Positions 19,208-27,339 of a stretch of 64,000 bases of DNA are shown here, in pieces. The first letter of the stretch is position 1. Each line of letters starts with the position of its first letter. Source of the stretch: Alloprevotella sp. (lineage in GTDB: Bacteria > Bacteroidota > Bacteroidia > Bacteroidales > Bacteroidaceae); contig JBNMKQ010000001.1 of NCBI GenBank assembly GCA_050874425.1, positions 9,016 through 73,015 of the forward strand, given 5' to 3'. A program made the translations under genes and the position numbers. The notes below the pieces were generated by a model. The model ran no database searches. It saw only the letters and a list, made by a program, of their open reading frames with translations, and had not been told where the DNA came from.

Positions 19208-19591
19208 ATGAAAGTTTTAAAATTCTTGCTTTTCTTTATCATTTTTCTCTTCCTATCATGTAGCGAAGATGAAAATGTCTTAAATAAGAGGGAAGGGCAG
19301 TTAGGTGCTTCAACTTCTTATTACGTAAGTGTCGAAGAGGCGCTTGCCAAAGCAACTGCGATGTTGAACAAAATAGAGAAGACTAGTTCAAGGACTGTTA
19401 GAGCTTCACTATACCATTGCGTATGGGAGTGAGGAGGAAAGTTAAATGGATATTTCTATTGAAATTATAATATTTTGGCAAGTAATGTAGTAGGACTTGA
19501 TATAAATGATAATTATAATGGATATCAAGTATCAAAACATGAATTAATGGATTTACATTTTATGTCGAATTTTAAAAAGGTTTTGAAATGA
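19208..19591 (+). pseudogene. Internally deleted C10 (streptopain-like) peptidase lipoprotein remnant
   Basis: One frame carries the lipoprotein signal FLS-C-SEDEN and prodomain-like YYVSVEEALAKA, joined directly to YHCVWE*GGKLNGYFY* (compare HxNWGWGG..NGYF). It has two in-frame TGA stops and ends in an ATGA overlap with the next gene. Confidence 0.65.
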
Positions 19592-20019
19592 AGACTTTAA
19601 TACAACTGCTTTCTGTTATGATTGCAACATTGTTAATGAGTTGTTGTTCAAATGATGATTTTGATGACATTGCTATTGGACAAGAGATTACGTATGAAGT
19701 GCCAAATAAGGGTGGAAAATATAGATTGAATACATCGTCAACCAATCATTATTGGACTTTAGAGAGCATCAAAATTCAAAGTAATGGCAAAATCGTTACG
19801 CTATACGATAGTAGCAATTTGCCGTCTGTTTGTATAAATCAAAAATTAGAAAATGCTGTAGGCTATTGTTGTGATGATTATAGCATCTATCAGCGTAAAG
19901 GAGCAAATGATGTTATTTGTAAATTTAGCAGGAATACGTCAGGTAGTGATAGAACTTTTATTGTTGAGTTTAGTGATGCCGATGAATTTACGAAAGTAAA
20001 GGTACATCAAGTAAAATAA
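19588..20019 (+). CDS. Small lipoprotein with a BACON-like C-terminus
   Basis: Lipobox LMS-C followed by acidic NDDFDD. The C-terminus FSRNTSGSDRTFIVEF..TKVKVHQ resembles the end of BACON domains. Confidence 0.65.
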   Translation: MKTLIQLLSVMIATLLMSCCSNDDFDDIAIGQEITYEVPNKGGKYRLNTSSTNHYWTLESIKIQSNGKIVTLYDSSNLPSVCINQKLENAVGYCCDDYSIYQRKGANDVICKFSRNTSGSDRTFIVEFSDADEFTKVKVHQVK

Positions 20020-20067
20020 CTTCCTTTTGGCCTTATGAGATACTCTATGTGAGATAAAGGGCTGATA

Positions 20068-20142
20068 AACTTCAAATTACGGCATCTTCCTCTAGCCTCC
20101 TCGACCGGGGAGGGCTAGGGGAAGAGGCCGTAATTTGAAGTT
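20068..20142. repeat. Long imperfect palindrome with pyrimidine-rich left arm and purine-rich right arm (REP-like or terminator)
   Basis: AACTTCAAATTACGGCATCTTCCTCTAGCC ... GGCTAGGGGAAGAGGCCGTAATTTGAAGTT, arms about 33 bp. Confidence 0.85.
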
Positions 20143-20172
20143 ATCCGCTATTTGATGAATGTCGACTTGTCA

Positions 20173-20260
20173 TCGTCCACTACGTAGTGTACGTGTTTCC
20201 ACTTGGTAGTGTACGTGTTTCCACTACGTAGTGGAAACACGTCTACTACGTAGTGGACGA
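20173..20260. repeat. 22-bp tandem repeat built from palindromic units and enclosed in a 30-bp inverted repeat
   Basis: Unit CCACTACGTAGTGTACGTGTTT (about 2.5 copies), core GTTTCCACTACGTAGTGGAAAC. The outer arms TCGTCCACTACGTAGT.. differ at 2 of 30 positions. Confidence 0.9.
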
Positions 20261-20522
20261 TAACTAATCACCGAGAAAAGTATGCTTCTCAACCTATGAT
20301 CTAACATTTGGGGATCCTTTCTCTTATCTTTATTCATAAGGTAGGTTGACTCAGTTGCGTACTTATTTTTAATCAAAGTTGACATTGCGAACGAGGTATT
20401 GTAAGTGGGCTTACACCTACTTAACAAAGCACGTATCCTACATTCGTCGATAAAAAGCACGGGTTCGTCTATTTTGCAGTGTCAACAAGTCTTTATATGC
20501 ATTTTAACTATTTAGGGCAGCC

Positions 20523-20530
20523 TACCTTTG
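20523..20530 (+). promoter_or_regulatory. -7 promoter box for the TolC/ABC exporter operon
   Basis: TACCTTTG(CA), 28 bp before the ATG at 20559. Confidence 0.7.
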
Positions 20531-20558
20531 CACTTGTAAAAACGAAACAAAAGACAGT

Positions 20559-21917
20559 ATGAAAATGGTTAAACTGCAAAAATTAGGAATGGCTACGGTG
20601 TTGAGCCTGTTGCCCTTCTGCGGTTGGGCACAGACGGCAGACGGTGTGTGGTCGCTCAGCGATTGCATCAACTATGCTTTAGCACACAATGTGCAGTTGC
20701 TCAAGAGTCAGGCTACGGAGCAGTCCACACGTGTCGACGTGACGGAAGCCAAGGCAGGATTGTTGCCCAGTCTAAGTGCCTCTGTTACGCAAGGGGTGAA
20801 TTATCGCCCATTTCAAGAGAGTGGTGGTAACTTCGTAAATGGTGGAATTGCAACGTCGGCTGCTGATAAGGCTACACAAAATGGCAGCTATGGCGTGAGC
20901 GCACAGTGGGTCGTATGGAACGGTGGTAAGAATAAGATGAACATAACCAACGCACAGTATTCGCAGCAAATGGCGGCCTACGACACGCAAACTTCTGCTA
21001 ACAAGATTAAAGAGCAAATAGCGCAACTCTACGTGCAGATACTCTACATGACGGAGGCCGAGAAAGTGAACGAAACGCTTTTGAAGCAGGACTCTGTCAT
21101 CTGTCAGCGTGGTGAGCAAATGGTAAAGGTGGGCTCGATGGCAAAAGCTGACTTGGCACAGTTGCAGGCACAAATGAGTCAAGGACGCTACGATGTAGTG
21201 AACGTTCAAACGCAGATAGCTGATGCTAAAATGCAATTGAAGCAGTTGCTCGAATTGTCTTCGGACGTGGCTTTCGACGTTCAACCTATCAGTGCTACTG
21301 ATGCTCAAGTGTTAAGCACGATTCCAACGAAAGCGGCTATTTATGAGGCAGCGTTAGAAAGCCGTCCAGAAATAAAGCGTTCACAATTGGCTATAGAACA
21401 AAGTGCTTTGAACACAAAGATAGCTAAGAGCGGCTATATGCCCACGGTGAGCCTTACGGGAAGTTTAGGCGATAGCCACATGACCGGTAGCCAAACGAAT
21501 TGGGCCAAGCAAATGCGAAATAACTTTAGTGGTCAGTTAGGCGTGTCGGTTAGCATTCCGATATTCGACAATCGTAAGAACAAGAGTGCTGTCGAACGTG
21601 CTAAGGTGGCAGAGACGACTGCTCAACTCGACTTACAGGACACGCAAAAGCAATTGTCGCAAACCATTGAGACGTATTGGCTCAATGCTACTAATTCGCA
21701 AGCAAAGTATGTCGCTGCAAAGTCAAGTGTAGAGAGCATGGAAACAAGTTATGACCTCATGACAGAACAGTTCAACTTGGGACTGAAGAACATAGCCGAG
21801 TTATTGAACAGTCGTGCTAACTTGTTGAATGCGCAACAGCAGATGTTGCAAGACAAGTATACCGCATTATTAAATCGTAATTTGCTCTCATTCTATGGGG
21901 GCGAAGAATTAAAGTAA
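20559..21917 (+). CDS. TolC family outer membrane efflux protein
   Basis: Signal peptide ending WA-Q, WSLSDCINYALAHN, LLPSLSA, SIPIFDN, long coiled helices. First gene of an MFP/ABC operon. Confidence 0.92.
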   Translation: MKMVKLQKLGMATVLSLLPFCGWAQTADGVWSLSDCINYALAHNVQLLKSQATEQSTRVDVTEAKAGLLPSLSASVTQGVNYRPFQESGGNFVNGGIATSAADKATQNGSYGVSAQWVVWNGGKNKMNITNAQYSQQMAAYDTQTSANKIKEQIAQLYVQILYMTEAEKVNETLLKQDSVICQRGEQMVKVGSMAKADLAQLQAQMSQGRYDVVNVQTQIADAKMQLKQLLELSSDVAFDVQPISATDAQVLSTIPTKAAIYEAALESRPEIKRSQLAIEQSALNTKIAKSGYMPTVSLTGSLGDSHMTGSQTNWAKQMRNNFSGQLGVSVSIPIFDNRKNKSAVERAKVAETTAQLDLQDTQKQLSQTIETYWLNATNSQAKYVAAKSSVESMETSYDLMTEQFNLGLKNIAELLNSRANLLNAQQQMLQDKYTALLNRNLLSFYGGEELK

Positions 21918-21940
21918 CTTGAAAAGACGAATATAAAACC

Positions 21941-23134
21941 ATGAAGTTGAATAAGAAGAAAATGCTCATTGGTGTAGCGGCTGTAGCAATCGTAGCAGGC
22001 GGCGTCTATGCCTTTTTGCAAAAGCAGGAGGCTCCCTTTGAGGTGAGCTACGAAACTGCCAAAGTAGAAAAAGCTACTATTGGAAATAGTGTGACGGCAA
22101 CGGGTACGATTGAGGCCGTGACTTCGGTTGAGGTCGGTACGCAGGTGTCGGGCATCATTGATAAGATTTACGTTGACTACAATAGTGTAGTGAAGAAGGG
22201 ACAAGTCATTGCCGAGTTGGATAAGACGAACTTAATCAGTGAACTGAAGAGCGCTACGAGCCAACTGGAGAGCGCAAAGAGCGATCTGAGCTATCAGCAG
22301 TCGAACTTTAATCGCATGAAGACGCTCTATGGCAAGGGGCTTATTAGTGCCAACGATTACGAGTCAGCTCGTCTGTCGTTGCAGCAGGCTCAAAGCCTTG
22401 TGGCTCAGCGTCAAGAGGCGGTCAATAAAGCGCAAACCAACTTAAGTTATGCTACGATTACGTCGCCTATTGACGGTGTGGTGTTGAGCAAATCAGTTGA
22501 AGAAGGCCAGACTGTAGCTTCAAGCTTTAGTACGCCGACGCTCTTTACGATTGTGAAGGACATGACTGATATGCGCGTTGTGGCAAGTGTTGACGAGGCC
22601 GACATAGGTCAGGTGAAGGTAGGACAGCGTGTCACCTATACGGTTGATGCTTATCCCGACGAAACGTTTGAAGGTACTGTAACGCAGGTGCGCAATGAGG
22701 CTACAACGGAGAATAATGTAGTTACTTACGAAGTAGTTATCTCTGCTCCTAACCCTGACTTAAAGTTGAAACCAGGATTGACAGCCAACGTTACTATCTA
22801 CACAATGGAGCAAACGGGCATTGTTAGTGTGCCGACAAAGGCATTGCGTTTTACTCCTACGAAGGAAACGGTTGGGGCAAAAGATAAAATTGTTGACTGC
22901 AATGGTACGCACAAACTTTGGGTGCGTGAGGGGAGAACCTTTAAGGCTTACAGTGTACAGACGGGCATAACGAATGGCACTCGCACACAGATATTGAGTG
23001 GTGTGAAAGAGGGTACGGTCGTAGTAGTCGACATGAAGGAGGCTGCTAATAACGATGAGTCTTCAGCATCGGCTGAGGGGGGCGACGAGAAGAGTCCCTT
23101 CTCACCAGGGCCTCCCAGTAAAAAGAAAAAGTAA
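21941..23134 (+). CDS. Efflux periplasmic adaptor subunit (MacA-like)
   Basis: N-terminal membrane anchor, VEVGTQVSGII, VKKGQVIAELD, ITSPIDGVV, VDEADIGQVKVGQ, LKPGLTANV. Confidence 0.93.
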   Translation: MKLNKKKMLIGVAAVAIVAGGVYAFLQKQEAPFEVSYETAKVEKATIGNSVTATGTIEAVTSVEVGTQVSGIIDKIYVDYNSVVKKGQVIAELDKTNLISELKSATSQLESAKSDLSYQQSNFNRMKTLYGKGLISANDYESARLSLQQAQSLVAQRQEAVNKAQTNLSYATITSPIDGVVLSKSVEEGQTVASSFSTPTLFTIVKDMTDMRVVASVDEADIGQVKVGQRVTYTVDAYPDETFEGTVTQVRNEATTENNVVTYEVVISAPNPDLKLKPGLTANVTIYTMEQTGIVSVPTKALRFTPTKETVGAKDKIVDCNGTHKLWVREGRTFKAYSVQTGITNGTRTQILSGVKEGTVVVVDMKEAANNDESSASAEGGDEKSPFSPGPPSKKKK

Positions 23135-23140
23135 ACTATT

Positions 23141-23935
23141 ATGGAAAAGATAATAGATGAGACCTTTCCTCAGCCTGAAGATAGGGCTGACAAGAAGGTG
23201 GTGATAGAGTTGGACAATGTTCGACGTAACTTTATTGTGGGCGATGAGACCGTACATGCACTGAAAGGCGTTTCGTTTAAGATTTATGAGGGCGAGTTCG
23301 TAACCATTATGGGTACGTCGGGTTCGGGTAAATCTACTTTGCTCAACCAATTGGGGTGTCTTGATACGCCTTCAAGTGGTGAATATTATTTGGACGGCGT
23401 GAGTGTGCGTTCGATGAAGCGCAGCGAGCGGGCCATATTACGTAATCGCAAAATTGGCTTTGTGTTTCAAAACTATAACTTGCTGCCCAAAACTACAGCG
23501 GTCGAAAACGTTGAACTCCCCTTGATGTATAATGCTTCGGTGTCGGCCAGTGAACGTCGCGAGCGAAGTATTGAGGCATTGAAAATGGTAGGGCTTGGCG
23601 AGCGCCTGTATCATAAGTCAAACCAGATGTCGGGCGGTCAAATGCAGCGTGTGGCCATAGCGCGTGCTTTGGTTAACAATCCAGCTGTTATTTTGGCCGA
23701 TGAGGCTACGGGTAATTTGGACACGCGCACTTCGTTTGAGATACTCGTGCTGTTTCAAAAGCTCTTTAAGGCTGGACGAACGATTATATTCGTTACGCAC
23801 AATCCTGAAATCGCGCTTTACTCAAGTCGTAACATCTTCCTACGTGACGGCTTGATACGTGAGGACGTGGTCAACCATAATATTCATTCAGCGGCAAAGG
23901 CTCTGGCCGAATTACCTGTAACGGAGGAGTCGTAA
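23141..23935 (+). CDS. ABC transporter ATP-binding protein (MacB/LolD-like)
   Basis: GTSGSGKST, signature MSGGQMQRVAIARAL, ILADEATGNLD, VTH. Confidence 0.95.
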   Translation: MEKIIDETFPQPEDRADKKVVIELDNVRRNFIVGDETVHALKGVSFKIYEGEFVTIMGTSGSGKSTLLNQLGCLDTPSSGEYYLDGVSVRSMKRSERAILRNRKIGFVFQNYNLLPKTTAVENVELPLMYNASVSASERRERSIEALKMVGLGERLYHKSNQMSGGQMQRVAIARALVNNPAVILADEATGNLDTRTSFEILVLFQKLFKAGRTIIFVTHNPEIALYSSRNIFLRDGLIREDVVNHNIHSAAKALAELPVTEES

Positions 23936-23949
23936 ATCGTAAGTAAAAT

Positions 23950-25173
23950 ATGAATATAGCAAATTTATTTAAGATAGCTTTGCGCGCCATTGCTGCCAAT
24001 AAGCTCCGTTCCTTTTTGACGATGTTGGGTATCATCATCGGTGTGGCTTCAGTCATCGCCATGATGGCTATCGGACAGGGTTCGAAGAAGAGCATTCAAG
24101 CGAACATTGCAGAGATGGGCTCGAACATGATTATGATCCGTCCTGGACAGGACAAGGGACCTGGCGGAGCGCAACAAGACGCTTCGGATATGCAGACGCT
24201 GAAGTTGAAAGACTATGAGACGCTCAAGGAGCAGTCGAAGTACTTAGCTGCCATATCACCCAGTGTAAACGCTTCGGGACAGTTCATTAATGGCAATAAC
24301 AATACGCCATCGACCATGTACGGCATCTCGCCCGATTATTTGCAGATTCGTCAGCAGAAGATAAAGGACGGCGAGATGTTTACTGACGAGGAGGTAAAGA
24401 CGAGCGCGAAGGTGTGTGTGATTGGTAAAACGGTAGCGGACAATCTGTTTACGAATGGAGAGGATCCGATAGGCAAGGTTATTCGTTATAACAAAATTCC
24501 GTTTCGCATCGTTGGCGTATTGGAGTCAAAAGGGTACAACTCATTTGGTATGGACCAAGATGATGTCGTATTTGCTCCTTATACAACGGTCATGAAACGT
24601 ATACTCTCTGTTACCTACTTACAAGGCATCAATGCTTCTGCCATTACAGAGGATATGACGGATTTAGCGATTGAGGACGTGACGAACATCTTACGCGAAA
24701 ATCATAAGCTAAAGGGAACGGACGAGGACAACTTCACTATTCGCAGTCAACAAGAGATGGCTGAGATGATGAACTCAACCTCAGACACGATGACCGTGCT
24801 ACTCTTAGTGGTAGCTTGTATCTCGCTCGTAGTTGGTGGTATCGGTATTATGAACATTATGTATGTGAGTGTGACGGAGCGCACGAAGGAAATCGGCTTG
24901 CGAATGTCGGTCGGCGCGCGTGGCATTGACATCTTAAATCAGTTCTTGATAGAGTCAGTATTGCTCAGCGTTACGGGAGGTCTGATAGGTGTGCTTTGTG
25001 GCATTGGTGCGGCAGTTGGCATTAACGTGTTTGCTCATTGGCCGATACAAATACAGCCTTGGAGCGTACTCTTGAGTTTTGTCGTTTGTTCGGCTACGGG
25101 CATATTCTTTGGTTGGTATCCTGCCAAGAAGGCTGCAAGTCTCGACCCTATTGAGGCGATAAGATATGAGTAG
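23950..25173 (+). CDS. ABC transporter permease (MacB/FtsX family)
   Basis: RSFLTMLGIIIGVASVI, GGIGIMNIMYVSVTERTKEIGLRMSVGA, FGWYPAKKAASLDPIEAIRYE. Confidence 0.95.
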   Translation: MNIANLFKIALRAIAANKLRSFLTMLGIIIGVASVIAMMAIGQGSKKSIQANIAEMGSNMIMIRPGQDKGPGGAQQDASDMQTLKLKDYETLKEQSKYLAAISPSVNASGQFINGNNNTPSTMYGISPDYLQIRQQKIKDGEMFTDEEVKTSAKVCVIGKTVADNLFTNGEDPIGKVIRYNKIPFRIVGVLESKGYNSFGMDQDDVVFAPYTTVMKRILSVTYLQGINASAITEDMTDLAIEDVTNILRENHKLKGTDEDNFTIRSQQEMAEMMNSTSDTMTVLLLVVACISLVVGGIGIMNIMYVSVTERTKEIGLRMSVGARGIDILNQFLIESVLLSVTGGLIGVLCGIGAAVGINVFAHWPIQIQPWSVLLSFVVCSATGIFFGWYPAKKAASLDPIEAIRYE

Positions 25174-25277
25174 TAATTCTAATATTTGAATGAATTGAGG
25201 TTCGGTTTTGATGATATTATTGATTATCTCCGAACCTCTTTTTGTATTTTTGCACGTATCAAAACGAAGATTACATA

Positions 25278-26402
25278 ATGGCAGAAAAGCATACTTTACA
25301 ATCCAAGCAACCACGTATCGAAACGTTTATAGAGGTTGCAGTACATGTGTTGGCTTGGAGCTACATTTTCATTTCGCCCTTATTTTTTAAGCGAAGAGGG
25401 GAAGCGATAGACTGGAACCATTACATTCATGGCTCTTTATTGCCCATAACGTTATGCGTTAGCTTCTATTTAAATTACTTTATTTTTGTGCCGCGCTTCT
25501 TACTTAATAAGGAGAAACGTAGGTGGTTCTTTATCTGTAACGTGCTGATCTTTTTAGTATATCAGTTGGGTATTGAAATGCAGGCCATCTTGCTCGCACC
25601 ACCAATGAATAAACCCATGATGGGGCCTCGTGGTGGCTGGCGCGGACCACGGCCGGGATTCAGTAATGACCTTCCGCCTAAGGTGTTTTTCATCGTTCGT
25701 GGATTCTTATTTTATGTGTCGGCTATAGGAGCTTCGGTCGCATTACATTTAAGTAAGCGTTGGAAGCAAAGTGAAAAAGCACGTGCCGAGGCGGAGTTAG
25801 GACGCTCGCAAGCGGAACTAAAGAACTTAAAGAACCAAATTAACCCACACTTCTTGCTCAATACGCTCAATAACATTTATGCCCTTACGGGATTTGATCA
25901 GGAAAAAGCTCAATGGGCCATTCATGAGTTGAGTCGTTTGTTGCGCTACATGTTGTACGAAAATCAGACGGAACGGGTTAGCTTGAATAAGGAGGTGGAG
26001 TTCTTACAGTCTTACATATCGCTTATGCGTCTGCGATTGCTTGACAATGTTGATGTAACGGTGGTGTTTGACTATCCGAAGGAAGAGAACCTTCAAATCG
26101 CTCCGCTTATCTTTATCTCTTTAGTAGAGAATGCGTTCAAGCATGGCATAAGTTCTGGACTTCATAATTTTATTCATATCACTTTAAAGAGTGATGCGCA
26201 TCATTTATGTTTCTGCTGTGAAAACAGTAACACGCCACAACGCGAAAGCGATAAGTCGCCAGGGGGTATTGGACTCCAGCAGGTGGCAAGTCGCCTGGAA
26301 TATTCTTACCCCAACCAATATACGTGGCGTGTCGAACTTGCAGATGGGGGTAGTACCTATCGTTCTGTAATTGACATCTATGATAAACCCATTAAACACT
26401 AA
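25278..26402 (+). CDS. LytS-type membrane sensor histidine kinase (start placed at MAEKHT; the ORF track begins at 25242)
   Basis: N-terminal TM helices, ELKNLKNQINPHFLLNTLNNIY (H box), LVENAFKHG, GGIGL. Confidence 0.92.
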   Translation: MAEKHTLQSKQPRIETFIEVAVHVLAWSYIFISPLFFKRRGEAIDWNHYIHGSLLPITLCVSFYLNYFIFVPRFLLNKEKRRWFFICNVLIFLVYQLGIEMQAILLAPPMNKPMMGPRGGWRGPRPGFSNDLPPKVFFIVRGFLFYVSAIGASVALHLSKRWKQSEKARAEAELGRSQAELKNLKNQINPHFLLNTLNNIYALTGFDQEKAQWAIHELSRLLRYMLYENQTERVSLNKEVEFLQSYISLMRLRLLDNVDVTVVFDYPKEENLQIAPLIFISLVENAFKHGISSGLHNFIHITLKSDAHHLCFCCENSNTPQRESDKSPGGIGLQQVASRLEYSYPNQYTWRVELADGGSTYRSVIDIYDKPIKH

Positions 26403-26409
26403 TATAATT

Positions 26410-27231
26410 ATGAAATGCGCTATTATCGATGACGAGCCGCTTGCGCTGGGATTGCTTGAGAGTTATGTAAAGAAGACTCCCATGCTTGAACTCTGCGGTA
26501 GCTATTCAAGTGCTATTGAGGCGATGGGAGGATTGCAAAAGAAGCCCGTTGACATCTTGTTCTTGGACATTCAAATGCCCGACTTAGACGGCTTGGAGTT
26601 TTCGCGAACGATTGACACTGCTCGCACGCGAATTATCTTTACCACAGCTTTCAGTCAGTATGCGATTGATGGTTATAAGGTGAATGCACTTGACTATTTG
26701 CTAAAGCCAATTAGTTATGCTGACTTTGTAGGGGCTGTGAGTAGAGCGCAAAAGTGGTACGAGATGAGTCAACTAAAGTTGCAGTCCACCGCTCAGTCAA
26801 GTGAGGCAATTGGTGATAATCAGGAAATTGTAAATGAACTGAGCACAGATTCAAGTGAATCTGCAATAACATTAACGGAGTCGGCAAGTAGTAACGACGG
26901 CTATGTATTCGTCAAGAGCGATTACAAACTGTTGCGCGTTGACTTTGATGATATTGAGTACATTGAAGGCTTAAAAGATTATGTGAAAATCTATTTGTCA
27001 TCTGCACAGAAGCCCATACTGAGTTTAACATCAATGCGTAGTCTTGAGCAGACGTTGCCCTCTTCTACGTTCTACCGTGTTCATCGTTCGTTTATTGTTA
27101 ACATGAGCAAGATTCGTGTATTTGAGCGTGGGCAGATAGTCTTTAATGATAAGTATTTGCCTATCTCTGATAGTTATCGCGATAAGGTGCAGCAATACCT
27201 TAACTCGCATCTGCTAAAGGGTAGGGGATAG
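26410..27231 (+). CDS. LytTR family DNA-binding response regulator (start placed at MKCAIIDDEP)
   Basis: Receiver motifs IIDDEP, LFLDIQMP, FTTAF, DYLLKP, and LytTR motif FYRVHRSFIVN. Confidence 0.93.
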   Translation: MKCAIIDDEPLALGLLESYVKKTPMLELCGSYSSAIEAMGGLQKKPVDILFLDIQMPDLDGLEFSRTIDTARTRIIFTTAFSQYAIDGYKVNALDYLLKPISYADFVGAVSRAQKWYEMSQLKLQSTAQSSEAIGDNQEIVNELSTDSSESAITLTESASSNDGYVFVKSDYKLLRVDFDDIEYIEGLKDYVKIYLSSAQKPILSLTSMRSLEQTLPSSTFYRVHRSFIVNMSKIRVFERGQIVFNDKYLPISDSYRDKVQQYLNSHLLKGRG

Positions 27232-27265
27232 TAATCGTTCTGTGTTCTCATGGATGTCTGAACGT

Positions 27266-27315
27266 AAAAGGAGCCGCCTTTGATTGCTATTAAGTAATCA
27301 AAGGCGGCTCCTTTT
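27266..27315. terminator. Bidirectional intrinsic terminator between the response regulator and rho
   Basis: AAAAGGAGCCGCCTTTGATT ... AATCAAAGGCGGCTCCTTTT, perfect arms with A and T tails. Confidence 0.9.
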
Positions 27316-27339
27316 TGTATGTCTGTAACTTCTGTGAGA

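Noticed and set aside
19430-19462. Two in-frame TGA codons as selenocysteine or recoded Trp
   Set aside because: TGA is used as a normal stop elsewhere (for example tolC-operon and B3/4 genes), no SECIS-like hairpin follows, and the gene is also internally deleted. Decay is the simpler explanation.
20173-20260. Palindromic tandem repeat as a CRISPR array
   Set aside because: Units are contiguous with no unique spacers.
20224-20460. 78-aa minus-strand ORF
   Set aside because: No recognisable motif, it runs into the palindromic array, and it lacks a promoter box. Probably a chance frame.
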